Positions 60,816-64,000 of a stretch of DNA of 64,000 nucleotides are shown piece by piece. The stretch's first letter is position 1; every line of letters starts with the position of its first letter. Both the position numbers and the translations under genes were made by a program. The DNA lies in contig OZ320313.1 in the NCBI GenBank assembly GCA_976226885.1, forward strand, positions 1,798,001-1,862,000, in the 5' to 3' direction. The DNA comes from Iphione sp. A-MEVVRFRX5. Taxonomy: Eukaryota. The notes below the pieces were generated by a model. The model was not told the DNA's origin, did not search any database, and worked only from the letters and a program-made list of their open reading frames with translations.

Positions 60816-63746
60816 AACAAAAGAAGAAGAAGTACAACAATACACACTCTCACGTACCCATTTGTTGCTATTTTTTAACATTTAACATGAAACATATAAC
60901 ATTACATAAAACATGTAGGATATAACATTACATATAACATACAACACAAACCACATATAACATACAGTATAACATCATAAAGAACATATTACACATAAAT
61001 AACACATAACATAAAATGCAATAGATAACAAAATGACATTAGCATATGAACAGCTACGGGGACTGTACATCTCAGTGGAAGTATGCTCCGTAATAAACTG
61101 TAGCAATGGACCGACCGCTGAATTATGTCATTATGACGTAATATCAAGTTGTTTACAGTCATAGCTTAGTTTACATTATTTACATTGCAAGTTTGCTTGA
61201 AAATTTTACAGGGCTGTAAATTCCCTGCAAAATAAGCTTTACCTCGTTTATGTCCTTAGATCCCTAGCTTTCATTTGACAAACGTTTCATTAAAATCGGA
61301 CAAGTAGAAGTGCGTGTTTGGGGTTGGAGAGACAACTCCTATCCTGATTTTTCACCAGCAGTATGTGACAGCTGTCATAGTCTGATCTGTGGCTGTCGTA
61401 GGCTGTCTACCAGTTGCATGATTGTTATAGTTCATTTTGTGTTGTAATTATGTAAAAAGGAAATCGGTCAATTAAAGACATATGGAGTTGAAAAAATGTT
61501 GCGATGTATATGAAAATAATGTGTGCTGACCTTCAATGGGTGTTTCTGGTAATCAACCCCGTTCTCCGTACTACCAGCTGCTTGACCTTCAATAAAACCT
61601 TGCATGCCGACCTTTAGAGGCACAGCCATGCATCCGGCTGATCATATGTAGAAATATCTCTCGTCAGATATCCACAACTAGATCTCGTTTGGTGTACTGT
61701 GTTTGTAGTGTCTTGAATAACATCCGGAAGACAGCTTCATGTTCAGTGGAGCAATCACTGGTAATCAATGTAGTGAATACATGTTACGTTTTACTAGATG
61801 TTTATGAAATATTCCACAAGCAATGTACTATTTTATGTAATTCGTTGGATGAGTGACCCATTACACGGTGCTTCAATGTATTCACAGGGGATACTAGGGC
61901 GTATTGCTCCAGATCTGTAATCCATCAGTTATCTTCCCAAATCACTGATCGGGCATTTACACATGTATTACAGAGGAGTTAATTCCAGAACAGGTAAACC
62001 ACCGCAGAACATTATATACATGTTTAAATATGACAAGACATTAGTAGAATATTTATTTCAAAGTGCAACAAGGGCATGAATACAGAAAATGAGCCGGAAA
62101 TTTGAATAAAGCTGTGCTTGCAGTTGTAATTTAAGTACTTGTAATTTAAGCTGAAAGCTGTGTGAGGCATTTCTTTCTCTCTGTGAAACCTACTACCTCA
62201 GGAGTTGCTCATCAGTGCTGACTAAGACACACACACACACACTCACACACACGCGCACGCACACGCACACATTTACACATAGGCCAGGTGGCCTTTAATA
62301 TACATAGAGTCATCCTAACATATTGCGGAGTGGTCTGTATTAACATCTACAACGCCGACCTCACATGTTGTAAAATGGTCTTCAGTTGCATTTAAACACT
62401 GAAGTAGTCGGTCTGCAATGGAAAAATGGCCAAAGTGACAGCCACACCGTTACTGCGTCTATATTTTTCAAACAATGTCTGAAATTACAGGAAGCTGATT
62501 AGTGGATTTTCTATCAAAATTAGTAAGAATTACATCTGCGGTACCCGTTTATTCACCGTCAGCGATCCGTCCATTCGACCTGATGTTGTATGTGGTATCA
62601 GACACCACGCAGCAGTGGTTGTTGTAAGGTGTACATCTCATGTTGTGAAGTAGTCTTTAATAATTTTCTACATTAAAGTCGATTGTCTTGAATATTTTAC
62701 GTGTTTACCGGTTGATTGTAAGCTATTTTTGTTAAGTTATGGAACTTATCGTTCACAGATACATACAGCCTGTAGTTATAAGAGAAATGTGAACATTTAT
62801 ATATATATGTAATATACATTCTGTATATGTATATAAGCAATACAGGTTCCCATTGGCTGATTGTGAGATGCATTCACTTTATGTATAGAGGTAACCAAGC
62901 AACATAGCTCCTCCTGACGCCCTTTGTTGGTTTGCGTCATTCAACTAGAAAAGTTTTATTTTTAGACTTTGTTATTAATAAAGAGTACAATGTACAACCC
63001 CACTCCTGTGTTTGTATCACTGTTCGGAAGTTGTAGCTATATGTATATATATAGTGGCGGGGAGTGGCCACAGAACTTGGTAGCACTCAATGGAAGGATA
63101 TAGCCATTTGATATATATATATATATATTTATGTATATATTGTAGTGGGGCGTAGCATGATGCTTTGCATCAGGTTACTCAGATGCTACTCAGACAAGTT
63201 AACTCAGACAAGTTGGTGCTTCACACGATATGGCTGCATGTATAAACATGAGGTTATGGGGAATCATCTCATATAAAGCAAGTCATCAGACTCAGTATGT
63301 TAAGATCCTTTTTTTTCGGTATACACGCTAGCCACGTCTCACTCAGTATGTTAAGACCCCTCACAACTATAACGCAATGATAATAATAATAATAATATAA
63401 TAATAATGGTTTTATGATCAATCTGTCGGATGAATACAACCTCTTCGTGGTTAGACACCCACCGGGCGGAATGGAAAATGAGTGAAAATAACAATATATT
63501 GTAATATACGTCATAGTTATTTAATCAACAAAGCATTCAGTACATCACATATTCTTTAGCCAGCAACCTGTAGGCACTACACAAAGCGTAATGCCAGTTT
63601 CACAGACTACATGTATTCTGTGAAGAATAGGTTCCTGAGCTGCACTGAGAAATGCTCCACTCGTTTCAAGTTTTTTACCATAGGACTTAGACTGTTTCAT
63701 ATTTTAAAACCTAAATTTCCAATTTATATATATATATATATATATA

Positions 63747-64000
63747 TGTGACCCGTTTTGGCAAAATGAGTCGGAAGTCGGAAAAAATCAAATTTGAGTT
63801 ATATATTCCATGAAAAAATGTAATTTCTGACCTTTAAAACGAGGTATAGCGCATCTTCCTACTGTAATTAGGCAAAATGTAGTGAAACGACAAAGTTATA
63901 TAGTGATGCGGTAAACCGTAACAGAGAAACTGAGATATTTGCGTTCGAAGTTTTGGTACCGCACTATATGGCAGTCTACCCTAGCAATGGCTTTTTCTTT
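63747..64000. mobile_element. Terminus of an unclassified DNA transposon-like element inserted in a (TA)n tract; runs off the window
   Basis: Abrupt start TGTGACCCG directly after a (TA)n run (63725-63746). Composition resembles invertebrate non-autonomous elements. No second end is visible. Confidence 0.4.

Larger units (their letters stand above)
58322..60830 (+). mobile_element. 5'-truncated non-LTR retrotransposon (LINE) of the I group (I/Nimb/Ingi-like; RT + RNase H + CCHC)
   Basis: Single reading frame. It runs from the pre-RT linker (PFTLDELTQAL..KKDTAPGDDGI) through the RT motifs (IPKSNQEGAFRPISLISCIAKTMERMV, QNILGF, AVFLDLEKAFE, GVPQGSSLSPTLF, YADD at 59070-59081, FKYLGV). RNase H and a CX2CX9HX4C knuckle follow. 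A short 3' UTR ends in AAAAGAAGAAGA. Candidate TSD AGTACA at 58316-58321 and 60831-60836. No APE endonuclease or ORF1 is present, consistent with 5' truncation. The clade within the I group is not resolved. Confidence 0.95.

Noticed and set aside
62100-62230. let-7 precursor gene on the minus strand
   Set aside because: No 3p arm: only a 7 bp stem plus a 4 bp stem can form. The mature 3' end differs from let-7, and I saw no miR-100 or miR-125 neighbours.

Overview
Eukaryotic, microsatellite-rich genomic scaffold with six N gaps. The style suggests a bilaterian invertebrate, probably marine; this is inference from transposon types and motif content only. The only unambiguous protein-coding element is a 5'-truncated I-group LINE at 58322-60830 (+). 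It encodes reverse transcriptase, RNase H and a C-terminal CCHC knuckle, carries two in-frame stops, and ends in a double-hairpin 3' UTR with an (AAG)n tail. A much older CR1/L2-like LINE remnant lies at about 41.7-42.4 kb, and there are several non-autonomous DNA transposon and SINE remnants. The rest looks like a large intronic or regulatory landscape: several ETS/NRF1/YY1 promoter-like islands (7.7, 10, 12.9, 14.5, 20.7 and 34 kb), about 10 CTCF-like motifs with a suggestive orientation pattern, and a well-formed signal-peptide exon of an unidentified minus-strand gene at 33059-33125. It also holds about 20 unrelated short tandem arrays, many with 150-210 bp units. A near-perfect let-7 complementary site sits at 62181-62200. 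Almost all ORFs in the supplied track are artefacts of gaps or low-complexity DNA. I found no convincing evidence of a new multi-gene system.
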